From Guillardia theta CCMP2712 (lineage: Eukaryota > Protista > Cryptophyta), in assembly GCF_000315625.1 (NCBI RefSeq), contig NW_005434640.1, positions 21,439 through 85,438 of the forward strand: DNA of 64,000 nucleotides. Reading direction: 5' to 3'. The position numbers were made by a program, and so were the translations under genes. Positions 1-11,631 of this stretch are shown here, in pieces. Within the stretch, counting starts at the first letter, position 1, and every line of letters starts with the position of its first letter. The notes under the pieces were generated by a model, which saw only the letters and a list, made by a program, of their open reading frames with translations, did no database searches and had not been told where the DNA came from.

Positions 1-738
1 GAGGTGACTTCTGCTGTATCCTGCCTCTTCATGTCAGAACACGTTGGTGGGGAAGAGGAGGGAGCGATGGTGAGGTAGGTGACAGGACGAGGGTGTCGGA
101 TAGCATTGAAGAAGAGGGGGACAAGAAGGAGAGATGAGGGAGAAAACGAGGAAGTGTAGAAAGAAGAGGAAGAAGAGGAGGAGAAGCAGGAAGAGGAGAA
201 GCAGGAAGAGGAGAAGCAGGAGGTTGAGGGATGAAGGAGAAGGAGAAGGAGGAGGAGGAGGAGGAGGAGGAGGAGGAGGAGGAGGTGGTGGTGGTGGTGG
301 TTGAGGAGGAGGAGGAGGGGAGTCAAACCTTGGCTCATCATTTTCTTGAGGTGACTCACTCGTTTTCTCGCCTGCACTCCTCGCACCCACGCCTGCAGCT
401 TGGTGATAGTCGCCATGATCGCAACAGATTTGGACATATCCAGGTTCCTCAGCATCGTCTGGATCTTGGCAAACTCAACCTGCCGCAGAATTGCTTCCGC
501 CGCATCCCTCAGCTTGCTGTTGGGCCATGATCGGCGGTTCAGCCGCGCCTGCTCGCTGATGTCCCTAAGGCGGGAGTAGCGGAGGCGGATGGCGGCGATA
601 TGGTCCTTAAGGAAGCCCTTGATGTTGCGAGAGAGCGCTCGCTCGCGCGCGATGTTCTGGTTCTTGATTTGAACGCTCCTCGTCTGCGAGCCTGTCAGAG
701 GAGGAGAAGAAGCAAGACGAGGAGAAAGAGAAAAAGGA

Positions 739-793
<55 letters not shown>

Positions 794-3410
794 GTGATGA
801 TGATGGTGGTGGTGGTGGTGGTGATGATGATGATGGCGGTGGTGGTGATGGTGGTGGTAGTGATGATGATGATGATGATGATAATGCGGAGGATGAGGAG
901 GAGGTGGAGGAGGAGGAGAAGGCGATGGTAGTGGACGTGGAGGTGAACGTGGTATGGGAGATTTTGACAACAAGAGGAAGGGAGTAGATAGAGAGACGGA
1001 GGGACTTACGTGGAGCGTTATCAGGATGTTTGAGATCGTATCGCACAGCCGAACCCACACAGCAACATCGACCTTTCCCTGCTCTTTGCTGCCCTGCCCC
1101 CCTCCCTCCATTACTTTCATTAGCTTCTGCAGCTGGATCGATGTAACCATGACGTTCAAGTCCTTGTCCATCCCCGACAGCTTGCAGATGTCCTTTGCCA
1201 TCTCCTGCAGCCTGGAGCACGACTTTGCTATGAGCTCCTCTATCCTCGCCAGCGCCTCCTGCTTCCTCCTCTCCCCTTCCACGGCTTGTTCAAGTTGAGC
1301 CGTCAGCTCCTGGTGCGCTGCGTTGCTCCTCCTGGCCTCGTTGAGCGACTCGACGCTGACTTGGAGGTCGTGGAGCTCAACCTGTGCAAACAGAATGAGA
1401 CGAGGGAAATTACGCTGCTGGTGCTGGTATTGGTGATGGTGGTGGTGATGATGATGATTGTGGTGGTTGTGGTGATGGAAATCTCTTTTGGCTCAAATGT
1501 CTTTCTGTTCCTTCCTGTTTCATCACCTCCTCTACTTCCCGATTGCCCTAACTCATTCAAACTCCTCTCTTTCCCTTCCTCCTCCTCCTCCCCCTCCTTC
1601 TCTCCTCCTCCTCTACGTCCTCTCAACCTTCACCTCTCAACTTCCTCCTTCTTTCTCACCTTGAGCGTGTTAAGCACAATCTTCTTTTCTTTGATCGTCT
1701 CCTCGTTGCTTCGGATCCTCTCCTCCGCTGCTGCTCTGGTTGTGAACAAGTTTGCAAACCTTGCGACGATCTCCGGGAGATTTTGCTGCAGCTTCTCAAC
1801 AATCTCGTCGCTCAGCATGTCCATCCCTGGGTCCTTCCGCGGGCTACGAGCTAGTCAGAGAATGGCAGGGAGAAAGAGGAAGAGTAGGAGGAGAGGTAGG
1901 ATGAGAGGTGAGACTGAGAGAGGAGGGTAGAATGATAGGAGGAGAGGAGAGGAGAGGAGAGGAGAGGAGAGGAGAGGAGAGGAGAGGAGAGGAGAGGAGA
2001 GGAGAGGAGAGGAGAGGAGAGGAGAGGAGAGGAGAGGAGAGGAGAGGAGAGGAGAATGAGGGGGAGGAAACCAGGGGCATACCTCAAGGATCGCTTGGAG
2101 CCATCAACGTCCCTGGTGCTGGTGCTGCTCCTCAACCCGAGGAGGATCATAGCGACCTGAGTGTAGTAGGGGAGCCGCTGCAGCAACTTGCTGTCCTGCA
2201 TAGAGTCTATCATGAACTGCCTGTGCTCGCGCTTTTGTTTCTCGTCGAACTCCTTGAGCTTCTTGATCTTGGCAAGATTCTCTTTCCTCTCCTCCTGCAG
2301 GACTTGTGACATCCTCCTCGCCTTCTCTCTGAACTGAGATCTCCTCTCCAGCGCCGCTGCGCGCAGGTCGTCAGCATGGCGGACAATCTAGGGACGGGAG
2401 GGAGATGCAGGGAGGAAGAGACAGAACAAGCGAACAAGCAAGAGGAAGCGGATCTGTGGTTGCGGTAGAAGCAAGAGGAGAAAGACGAGGAGCAGAAGCA
2501 AGGGGAGGAGGAGGAGGAGAAGAAGAATGAGACAGAATAGCGGGAGCAGCAGCAGTAATGATAGGAGGAGGAGGAGGAGGAGGAGGAGGAGGAGGAGGAG
2601 GAGGAATGAGACAGGGATCTACAGCAGACCTGTCCTTATGTTCTCGCACTGCTTCACATTCAGCTTATGGACCCGGTCGAGCTGCTCAAAGCTGTGAGCT
2701 GCCTCGATCTGGGCTTCGTCCAGCAGCTTCACTAGCAAAGGGATGTCCTGAAACACGGCCGACAGCTCCTCCTCCTTCTCGTGCACCAGCCTCTCCGTCT
2801 CTTCGTGCTCGTACCGCACCCGCCGGAGCAGCCGCTGCAGCTGCAAGTTGTAGTGCCTCTGCCGCATGAACAACATCCGCTGCTCCTCGATCTCTGCGCT
2901 GATCTTGTCATGGACGGGGGTCGCGGACAGGTCCGCCTTCTTGGCGAGCATGTCGTCGAGGTACTTCTTGTTGTTCCTCACCACCTCCAACCTCTTCATC
3001 CTCTCCGCCCTCTGCCAGCTCGACTTCTGCGCCTCCGACCTCAGACGATGCACGAGCTCGTGAAAGTGATCCAGCGCAAGCTGCTCGCCGCTTTCAGTAG
3101 ACAGAATCTCCTTGAGGAGCTCGGGGACTTCTTGGCGGAAGAGGGGGAGATCGTTGGACCAGCGATCCTCCTCTCCTTCTTGCACTTCCTGCTCATCGCT
3201 GTCGTTATGCTTCACTACATGCAGTCAGGGCATCTAGACCTCTTGTTCGTCAAATCCAGGTATCTTGGTCAGTTGCTTGTCGCTCGGTTTGGATGATCCG
3301 TTCTGGAGGCGCATGTGAGACAGCAAAAGAGTCACTACAGCTGTCATCTACATCTACATCTACATCATCATCAACAATATCTACATCATCATCAACATCA
3401 ACATCATCAA

Positions 3411-3451
<41 letters not shown>

Positions 3452-3482
3452 ACATCAACATTAACAATAATAATAACATTAA

Positions 3483-3536
<54 letters not shown>

Positions 3537-4593
3537 ATTTCAGTTTCAATCTACCTCCGTCGGTAATTGAATGCTGTCGACCTTGACAGCAGGAAAACCT
3601 CGCGGCCACATGGAGGGACATTGAGGCATGGGGGGAAGAGCAGCCCCTGGACGAAGACACGCTGAAGACAAAGTCAAGAGTGAGGAGGGCAGAGGAGTTG
3701 AGGAGCAAGGAGGAGGAGGAGGAGGAGGAGGAGAATCAGGAGGAGGAGGAGCGTAGAGAAAGTAGAGGAGGAGGAGGAGGAGGAGGAGGAAGGTAGAGGA
3801 GGAGGAGGAGCCAAGTTGAGATGAAGAAGGGGAAGAAAGAAGGAGTAGACGGGGCGGGCAGGTCGGGCAGGACGATGGAGGTGCTGTTGCCAAAGTACCT
3901 GGCAACGCATAGTCCGGGACATTGAGAGAAACATTATTTTGAAAGAACTGCGGTGAAGTGATGAAAAGGTTATACAGAAAGTGACTTGTTGTTGCTTACT
4001 TTGATAAGGTCCTCAAAAGAGCTTGTCGTCCTGTGCACCATTTCAACTCTTCTTCTTCACAAGTTTCATGTCGGTCACCTTTGAGTTTTCACTTTTTCGG
4101 GGACTGCACCCGTTGAAGGCAAGAAGAAAAACAAGTGAGCAAGTCAGGACGGAGAGGAAGGGCAGGGGCTACGAAGGTGAAGGCAGGAGAAACTTTTGCA
4201 GGAGAGAAGGCTAGAACGAGGCAAGGGGATGAAAAGAAGGAAATTGTGGATCCAAAGGATTGCAAGGAGGAAGAGGGAAGGATTTGGGGGGGAAGGGGAG
4301 AGGGAGCGGAAAGAGAACAGGCAGGGGAGGAGGGCAGCAGGAGGCGGTGGTGTGTGCGAGTGAGTCAGTGCGTGCGTGAGGGAGGGAGGGAGGGAGGGAG
4401 GGAGGGAGGGAGGGAGGGAGGGAGGGAGAGTGTAAGTGAAGGGAGGGGTAGGGTTCGGAAGGGAGGCCGGGAAGACAAGAAGGTGAACTCGAGCAGTTAA
4501 AGTGATCGTGCCATGCACTTACATGGGTTGACCGTGTTCTTCCCACGCTTTTTCCCGATGTTCCCTGTCATCATCAGCAACCAGCCGGCTCAT
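1..4593 (-). CDS. Multi-exon coiled-coil protein with a C-terminal IQ motif; 3' end probably lies beyond the window
   Basis: Charged helical exons at about 328-692, 1009-1382, 1631-1830, 2082-2386, 2629-3340 and smaller upstream ones, separated by microsatellite-filled GT-AG introns. The 328-692 exon reads ITKLQAWVRGVQARKRV (IQ motif). Start codon tentative. Confidence 0.6.
739..885. repeat. (GAT/GGT)n microsatellite, intronic
   Basis: Direct reading. Confidence 0.95.
1941..2055. repeat. (GGAGA)n pentanucleotide microsatellite, intronic
   Basis: More than 20 perfect units. Confidence 0.95.
3345..3537. repeat. Compound (CAT)/(CAG)/(CAA) microsatellite, intronic
   Basis: Direct reading. Confidence 0.95.
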
Positions 4594-4789
4594 TCTGCTG
4601 CATCACCTGACGTCGCCATGTTCAGCGTGTTCATCCACTTGTCAGCTACGGAATGATCCTGCAGCAAGATTTCGTCACGCCCTGTCAGATGCTTGTACAT
4701 CGCACCAGCTCCGACGGCTCTGTCTCTATCCCCTGCTCCTCCTGCGATTCTGAGTCTTCCTCGTCATATTTCTGGCCTTTCGCGCCATC

Positions 4790-5769
4790 ATGAAGGAACT
4801 CGGAGATGTCTCTCTCCTCGTCAAAGATCGCATTCAACGAGTGCTTGTTCGACTGCTGCATGTCACCAAGATCTTGTCAGCACTGCGAGGACAGCTCACC
4901 TCCTTCAACGACTCGTCCCCGTGCATCTCCTTGCTTGTGGAGGCGTTCTTGTCATTGAGAGAGGAGCTGAACCTCGAGCTCGATGACTTGCACGCTTCCA
5001 GGAAGCGAGTATGCCGTTGGATGGCGTCTCGAGTGACCTGGTTCAGACCTTGCAGTCTCTCTTGGTGCCTGCGATGCGAGGTGAGCACAAGTGGGAGGAA
5101 GGAGGGAGGAGGAGTCACTTCTTGCTCGGCAGCTCAGCATCGAGAGCGGGTGTGGACAGACGAAAAGTCTCCACCCTCCGCTTGCAAAACTGCGAAGAGC
5201 TGGTATCGACGGGGGTGCTGTTGCGGGAGAGGAGGAAGAGCGAGGGTGTGAGGCCAGCAGTCTGCGGCCTCCTCCGCGATGGCGGGGATGTGGATCGAGG
5301 ACGGCCAGTCGCAAAGGAGAAGGCAGACGTTGTTGAGTTCATGCTCCTGTTCATCTCATACGAGAGAGCCGTCTGCGGTCTGGATGCATTCCAGCTGTCG
5401 CCTGTCACCTGCTCAAACGAAAGCTCCACTGGGCAGGACTGGACAGAGGATGCAGCGCTCATCCCTGACTTGGGGCGAGTGCTGCTCGTGGCACTCGTGC
5501 TCCTGTACCTCTTCTCGTCGTCCATACGCCGTCTCCACCTCATCGATCTCTTGTCTCCGTCAGTTCTTCTTTCTCCCTCTTCATCGCTCCACTTCGAGCT
5601 GAGGCTTCTGCTAGATCTTTCCACGAGCCGCCCATGGCTCCCTTCGCTCCCGAGCTTCCTGCCGCTTCCTCCCCTCTCCTCCTGCCCTCTAAGAGCCGCC
5701 ATGAACCGCCGCGGCCTCGGAACAAGATCCCCCATCAACCCCGCCATGGCTCTACCGCTACGCCGTTAA
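4790..5769 (+). CDS. Hypothetical protein, exon structure unresolved
   Basis: Overlapping ORFs 4790-5251 and 5011-5769 with protein-like composition and a GTGAG..CAG intron candidate near 5081-5132; no recognisable domain. Confidence 0.3.
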
Positions 5770-5971
5770 CAATCTGCCGTTCCCCGCAAGGCGGTTTGTC
5801 CCACAGTGCACTCCAGGTGCACTCAATCTTGACTGACGGTTACATTCAGATCGGCGGTTACGGCCCCCGGCACCGGGCAAGGCCCGGTCGCCGGCCCGGC
5901 AGTCGGGCCCGCTGAGTAAAATAACCGCCACCGGTCCTCCGCCGCTTCCGACCGACAGGCTGTTTTAAGTT

Positions 5972-7852
5972 GACTAAAAGTTTCACTCTCCTAGTACTGG
6001 TCATTCCCCCCTTTTTTTTACCGCAGTACCCTACCACCATTATTACTACACCCCTGCTACAGTTCGATTCGGAGTACCCCTGTATTTGCCTCTCAAAGTA
6101 CCCCTGGTGTCCAAGAAGCGACCTGCCCCGTCCGGTCCCCGTTGTGACCCCATCTCTATAAAATAACACCTTCCCGCACTGCCGCTTCCATGAAGCTCCT
6201 CCCCAGACCTCTCCCTGCCGCTCCTCCTTCTGCTACATCTCCTCCTTCTCCCTCTCCTGCTCTGGATCTCATTCTTGCTTCCTCTTGGTGTACGCCTAAC
6301 TCCTTCTCCTCTTGCCATAATCGCTACCATTGCCCAACGATCACCAATGCAACTCCTCACCATAACAAACGTGTTGCTTCCCTGCTACTTTCTACCTTGT
6401 TCAGCATCAACACATCTCCGATGTTTGCCTTTGCCAGCATTCTTACTTGATATCATCACATGTATTGAAACGCAAAATGTATCTTCTTCCAAGTGTCCTC
6501 ACGACCATTTGCCTTAACCAAAGTGTTTGCGAAAAGCTTGTTGCACAGAATGTTTGAGGGTTGTGAAGCTTTGTGACGCGATGCCAACGAGAAAAACGAA
6601 AACCCTCATCAATGCTGATTACACGTACGTGCGCGCTTCCTCCTTCATCAACAAAGACGACTCATCAACCTGCCCAATGCCTTGAGATAACTCAGATCTT
6701 GATATTCGTACCTTTTAGCATGATTGTGAGGTGTGCGGTTGTCAACGCTCACTTGCCCCTCAGATTCAGGTTCATCCCGCCACATCGACCATGAAAGCCG
6801 TCTTGATCAAGTCGCTCGGCCTGATCCATGACTCAGACATCCTTGAGTTTGCCGATGACTTCGCCCGGCCGTCCAGGAAGAAAGGTCAGCTCCTCGTACG
6901 CGTCCTGACCTGCGCGACCAGCGCAGGAGATATGCACGTGATGAGCGGGCGAGTGTCGTTTGCCATCTCCCCGCCGTCGTTTCCCTACATTCCTGGCTCC
7001 TCCATTTGTGGCATCGTGGAGGAAGCAGACGCGGAAGCTGAGTTCAAGCCTGGCGACCGCGTCATCGGTCACATGGGGATGAAGCCCTGGGGAGCGCTGG
7101 CGGAGTATGCTGTGGTGGAGGCTACCAACTGCGTCCTCGCGCCAGACTCGCTGTCAGACGAGGTAGCGTCGGCGTGCGGGGACAGCGCCGCTACGGCCTT
7201 GAAGGCAGTTGAGCTAGCTGGAGTGAAGGCGGGGAGCCGAGTGCTGGTTCTGGGAGGGTCGGGAGGGGTTGGGTCGGTTTGTGTGCAGCTGGCAAGAGTA
7301 GCGGGAGCGACGTTTGTTGCCTCGACCTCGACGCAGGTGAAGATGCTGACGGAAGAGCTCAAGGTCGACCGGGCCATCAACTACAAGGAAGAGGACTGGT
7401 GGAGCATCGGCGAGTTCCAAGAGCAGCCGTTCGACTGCATCGTGGACTGTGTCGGGGGAGGAGGTCACTTCGGCAAGGCTCAGGAGAGCAAGGTCTTGAA
7501 GAGCGGAGGCGACGGAGGGAAGTTCATCGCAGTAGTGGGCGACGAGCCGGAGCCGACTATCCACAATCCTTTCCAGCTTGCGGGCTTCGCTAGCCGCCTG
7601 CTGTGGCGAGCGCTGTGGACCTGGCTCTGGCCCTGGTCACCTCGGTACATCGCCTTCGTGACCGATGCAGACTCGACAACCATCAAGACCATCCTGAGGC
7701 ACGTGACTGAGGACAAGCTGCTGCTCAAGATTGATCCGTCGGGTCCTTATGCGTTCACCAAGGAAGGGGTGACGTCAGCTCTGAAGCTGCAGGAGTCACA
7801 CAGGGCTCACGGGAAAGTTGTGATTCGAGTCAGCAAGAGATCGTAGATTTTG
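5972..7852 (+). repeat. Left arm of a ~1.9 kb inverted duplication (partner 11632-13490)
   Basis: Reverse-complement match from gactaaaagtttcactctcc (5972) through the upstream region and the whole oxidoreductase CDS, ending just after the stop codon. Confidence 0.95.
6791..7846 (+). CDS. MDR-superfamily NAD(P)H-dependent (quinone) oxidoreductase, RTN4IP1/ceQORH-like, copy 1, intronless
   Basis: GroES-like N-domain (FPYIPG..ICGIVEE, FKPGDRV, GALAEY), Rossmann motif VLVLGGSGGVG, DCIVDCVGG, C-terminal SHRAHGKVVI; no Zn-ligand Cys cluster. Confidence 0.92.
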   Translation: MKAVLIKSLGLIHDSDILEFADDFARPSRKKGQLLVRVLTCATSAGDMHVMSGRVSFAISPPSFPYIPGSSICGIVEEADAEAEFKPGDRVIGHMGMKPWGALAEYAVVEATNCVLAPDSLSDEVASACGDSAATALKAVELAGVKAGSRVLVLGGSGGVGSVCVQLARVAGATFVASTSTQVKMLTEELKVDRAINYKEEDWWSIGEFQEQPFDCIVDCVGGGGHFGKAQESKVLKSGGDGGKFIAVVGDEPEPTIHNPFQLAGFASRLLWRALWTWLWPWSPRYIAFVTDADSTTIKTILRHVTEDKLLLKIDPSGPYAFTKEGVTSALKLQESHRAHGKVVIRVSKRS

Positions 7853-8819
7853 TCAGTATGATACTGTTTTAACCGTACCTCGGCTAATATGCCAGCACGA
7901 CTCAGTCTCAGTGTGATAAAACCTGTCATAGTATTTTTGTTGTTTCTGGCCGCGTTCGATGTTCCACAAGTTCAACTTCGGTACATGGCCAGTGGCCAGT
8001 ACGGTACTCCCGCCGTTAGCCCCCGCCTCGGGCTACGCCGGGGACTCCGGGAGTCAGTGCCCCCGCCGTTGAGTCTCCCGGAGTCCGCCGATGGCATGAT
8101 CTAGTACGGTACCAGGCTCGTGACTCCCGCCAGCTGGGGCCGGGCTCGGCGCATCGTCGGCCTGGCAGTCCGATCAGTCAGTGCCCGGCCCCTCACCGTT
8201 CGTGCGCGGCGGCAGTGCCTTGGCGGCCTCGTCAGTACTCGGTGAGTCAGTCAAGTTGAACCGCCGGTTCAATGGTTGAACGGCGGCCATTATGCGATGT
8301 TCGGACGAATCATGAATCATCATGTGAATCAGTACCGGCCGTAGAGTACTACAGGCTACGTGACGCGGGGTAGTACGGTACTGAGTAGGCTGCACCGTCA
8401 CTCACGGCTCGTCGCCGGACTCCGGGAGGCGCGGCCCGGGGCCGCGCCCGGCCGCTGAGTGGCCGCCCCACGGGCCGCGGTGTGACTCCGAGGCTCTCAG
8501 TTATGTGACTCCGATCTACTTGCCTAGCCGCTGCCCCCGAGCCGCTTTAGGCGCAGGTCACAGTAGTGTAGTGACAAGCGTGACCGCATGACAGACAGAG
8601 AAAAGCAGCAATGATCCTCTAGGGGGTCAACTAGCAAACTCCATAACTGATGTTTACTACAGGGCTTACGGCCACTTTGATTGTAAGGTATAATGTCAGC
8701 AAATGGCCTCCGTGTCAGCATGTTTCCCAAACGTTGTGTTTGAGGATATAGCCTCTGTGGAGTGATACCGATGGGGTGCTATTTAAGGGCCTTTCGCATT
8801 TGGATGTCATGCGGATGCT

Positions 8820-11330
8820 GACATGAGCGTGAGGGCCATAGAGTTCTGCCTCCTTGCTCCGCCTTTATCATCACTCCCTCCCTTACCCTGTCATTGCACA
8901 CGCTTGCCACGCCTTTCCTACCGCGTCCTTGTCAGTAGCTAAATCCTACTCTGTTGCTCTTCCCGCAAACTCATTCAACACTGCTCAACAACCCTTTCCC
9001 GCTCCTTGGCATATCAGATGACGTGTGATATGTCATGCTTCTCGTCCTTGTCTGTCACCATCCACGACGTCAAATGGAGCTCACAGCCCTCACAGCAAGC
9101 TGACAAGATCAGATCTAAGTGCTTTCGCCTCTCTTCCGCTCAGCAAGCATACCTGCACCAGGCTGCCAGCATCGCGTCCATGTCAATCCGGAGCAGCCCG
9201 TCACGTGCTACCAAGCAAGATACAGCTTACAAGAACATAATGGCAGCACGAACCAAGGCTCAGGGCCTCATCATCTCGAAAACACGATGATATCGGGCAT
9301 CTAAGGGATAACTTCTCCTTGGAGAGATTGAATGGTGTATTTTTTGTTATTGACTGGTCGTACGTTGTAAAAGTAAAAAGATTTTTGGACTCAACGTGTA
9401 TGTGTGATGAGATAACAAGGGGCTGATACTCTCTGATAAAACTTTTCAATTTCTCAGAAAGTACTAGTACCTGTGTACACTCAGCCTCATGAAAGGCAAT
9501 TTTCCCCTGGATGCCTCTAAAACACTTCAACGATCAGCTTATTTTGCATGAGTGAACTTTGGATATCGGTACAGATGCACGCTCATCTGATGCTGTTTTA
9601 AATTCCTTCTAAATTGATGAGACAAATGAAACATGCCAACTTGAAGACATCTCGAAGTATCTTTTTTTCTTTTTTTGGCCTGTGCTGTCATGATTTGTTC
9701 CTCTGGCAGATAAGGATAGCATTGTCGACTCCTGATTTCAAAGAGGAAGACCCAATTTTGCACAGAATATAATGTTTCCTTTTCTTCAAACTGCACTTTC
9801 ACGACACGACTCATAATCAGGGTGATAAACAAATTACTTCAAACCACGTCTCAATACCCGCAGAGTCAGCCATGGGCAGTTTTCGAGTGCTCCACAAGGA
9901 CGCCAGAACCTCCCCAAACTCGATCTGAGCTCTGTACACTATTCAATGCATGTCTGTCATGTTAACTCACCACATGGCTACTTGCCAAGTAATCAGAACC
10001 AAGATTCATTATCATCCCTCAGGCTAACAACCAACGATACATACTCCTCTTCACTCAAAGGCAAACAAACATTAACAGCTCTCATCGAAACTTTCCGTTT
10101 CAGCGCTCTCTCAAACTCCAGAGACTCTTTATCTTTGTCTTGTCCCTCGTCCGGACTCGTCAACCTAGGCAAGGCAGACCTGTCCGAGTCTTCGCCCAGC
10201 ACCTTGGGAACGAATACCTTCCAAGTGCCAGAGCAGTCCGGCCGCAGCACAGGGATGGGCATTCTGAGGTAACGGAGCAGCCGTTCCCTGGCATCGGTCT
10301 TCTCGTCCTCGGACTGGGTCCATTCACAGAGCAGCTGGGGCCACCTCGTCTCCAGCTCGGAGAACTTGAGGAGGTTCTGAAACTTACTCGTCACCTCCAG
10401 CTCAGACGACAAGAACGACAAGGGAGAGCGGGCTTCAAGGGCTCGCTCTTCGTCAGTCTGATCCTCTGAGGAGTCCGCTGCGAGCGGGTCCGTGACCTCA
10501 GCGCATGCCTCATCTTCGTTACCGTTGTCATCGTCGATGACGACAGGCGGACTTGCAGAGTCCTGACGGCCACCACCAGGCTCACCGTTGCTAAGTTGCA
10601 GCTCCTGCCTGTCAAGAAGAGTGACACCTCCAAGGCGAACCGTTGGGCTCTCATATCCGAGGCCACGATGGGTCCAGGCGAGCCCTGCGATGGGCGTCCA
10701 GCTACTGTGAGCAGGGTGCTTGGGATGGAATTTGACGATCTCGGTCAGTCTCTTGCGCCCTCCTCTGCGACTGGCATCGCCTTGTGCCTCTTGCTCTAGA
10801 GTCTTTGCTCCGACTGTGGCGTAACTTGCCATCAACTCATGCTGTCTGTACCACAGCCGCTCTTTAGTTGCTCATCTCACTTCCTCTAGGGTTCTCTCAA
10901 CCTTGCGCTCCTCGTCTTTGCTCTTCTCCTCCATAAACTCTGGGTTATAGGCTGGCTGATTTAAATCCGCAGTGACCTTGATAAATCCCAAGAGGCTCGG
11001 CCCTCGCCATGGCTGGTTTGCTCTCTTGTTCAACAAAACTCTCTCGTGCAGTCCCACCACCTCTCGACCCTCACCCTGCATGAACAGGCGGACAAGGTTT
11101 GCATACGCCTGCTGCAGTGCTGGCAGCAGCACAGATCGCTTGCATTTTCCACTACCGAACAGCTCGATGTAGGCTCTGAATGCCAAAAGGCGGATGTATA
11201 CTTTGACTTGATGTGGCTTGATGGTTTTTAGCGTATCATGACGGAGAGACAGGAGCGATTCTTGAACCTCGGAGAAATGGTAGGAGCTGCCGGACAGAGC
11301 TGGCAAGGGCGGAGGAAGCTCCGGGCCCGA
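8820..11330 (-). pseudogene. Decayed long ORF of unknown family (gene or mobile-element relic)
   Basis: ORFs 10872-11306 and 9993-10835 are in the same frame, separated by one TGA. Protein-like translation continues past 9993 and again at 9320-8820 with scattered in-frame stops (..RYHRVFEMMRP*ALVRAAIMFL*AVS..RYAC*AEERRKHLDLIL..HVI*YAKERERVVEQC*MSLREEQQ..). Confidence 0.55.
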
Positions 11331-11631
11331 GGACTTGCGATACAGCAGGGGAGTGAAATGTCACCTGAACCTACATTAGAGGCAGTTTGAACTCTCCTCA
11401 ACGCTTGTTCGATCTCTTTGCATGAGTAACTGGATGAATTTGTGTGTCAGATCATCAAATCAAAGTGAACTCTTTGTATTAGAATTCACTCAAACACTCT
11501 GTTGTCAATGATTCTCATAGTTCGATTTGAGTGCAGCAATCCCGGCCGAAAAAAACGCCACGGCAATCTGCCGAAAGTTATTGTCCGCAGCATTGATGAC
11601 CACTTACCTGCAGGATTTGAAATACTCGTCA

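Noticed and set aside
34-4546. Poly-Pro/His/Met/Leu/Glu ORFs in the ORF track (also 15132, 35410, 40082, 42280, 61147)
   Set aside because: Translations of intronic or intergenic microsatellites; the splice signals exclude them.
9006-9290. Plus-strand 94-aa gene
   Set aside because: It is the antisense shadow of the more protein-like decayed minus-strand frame, and its start is non-ATG.
10872-10874. Selenocysteine or programmed readthrough at the in-frame TGA
   Set aside because: No redox motif, and many further stops follow downstream; a nonsense mutation or a 39-nt intron is simpler.
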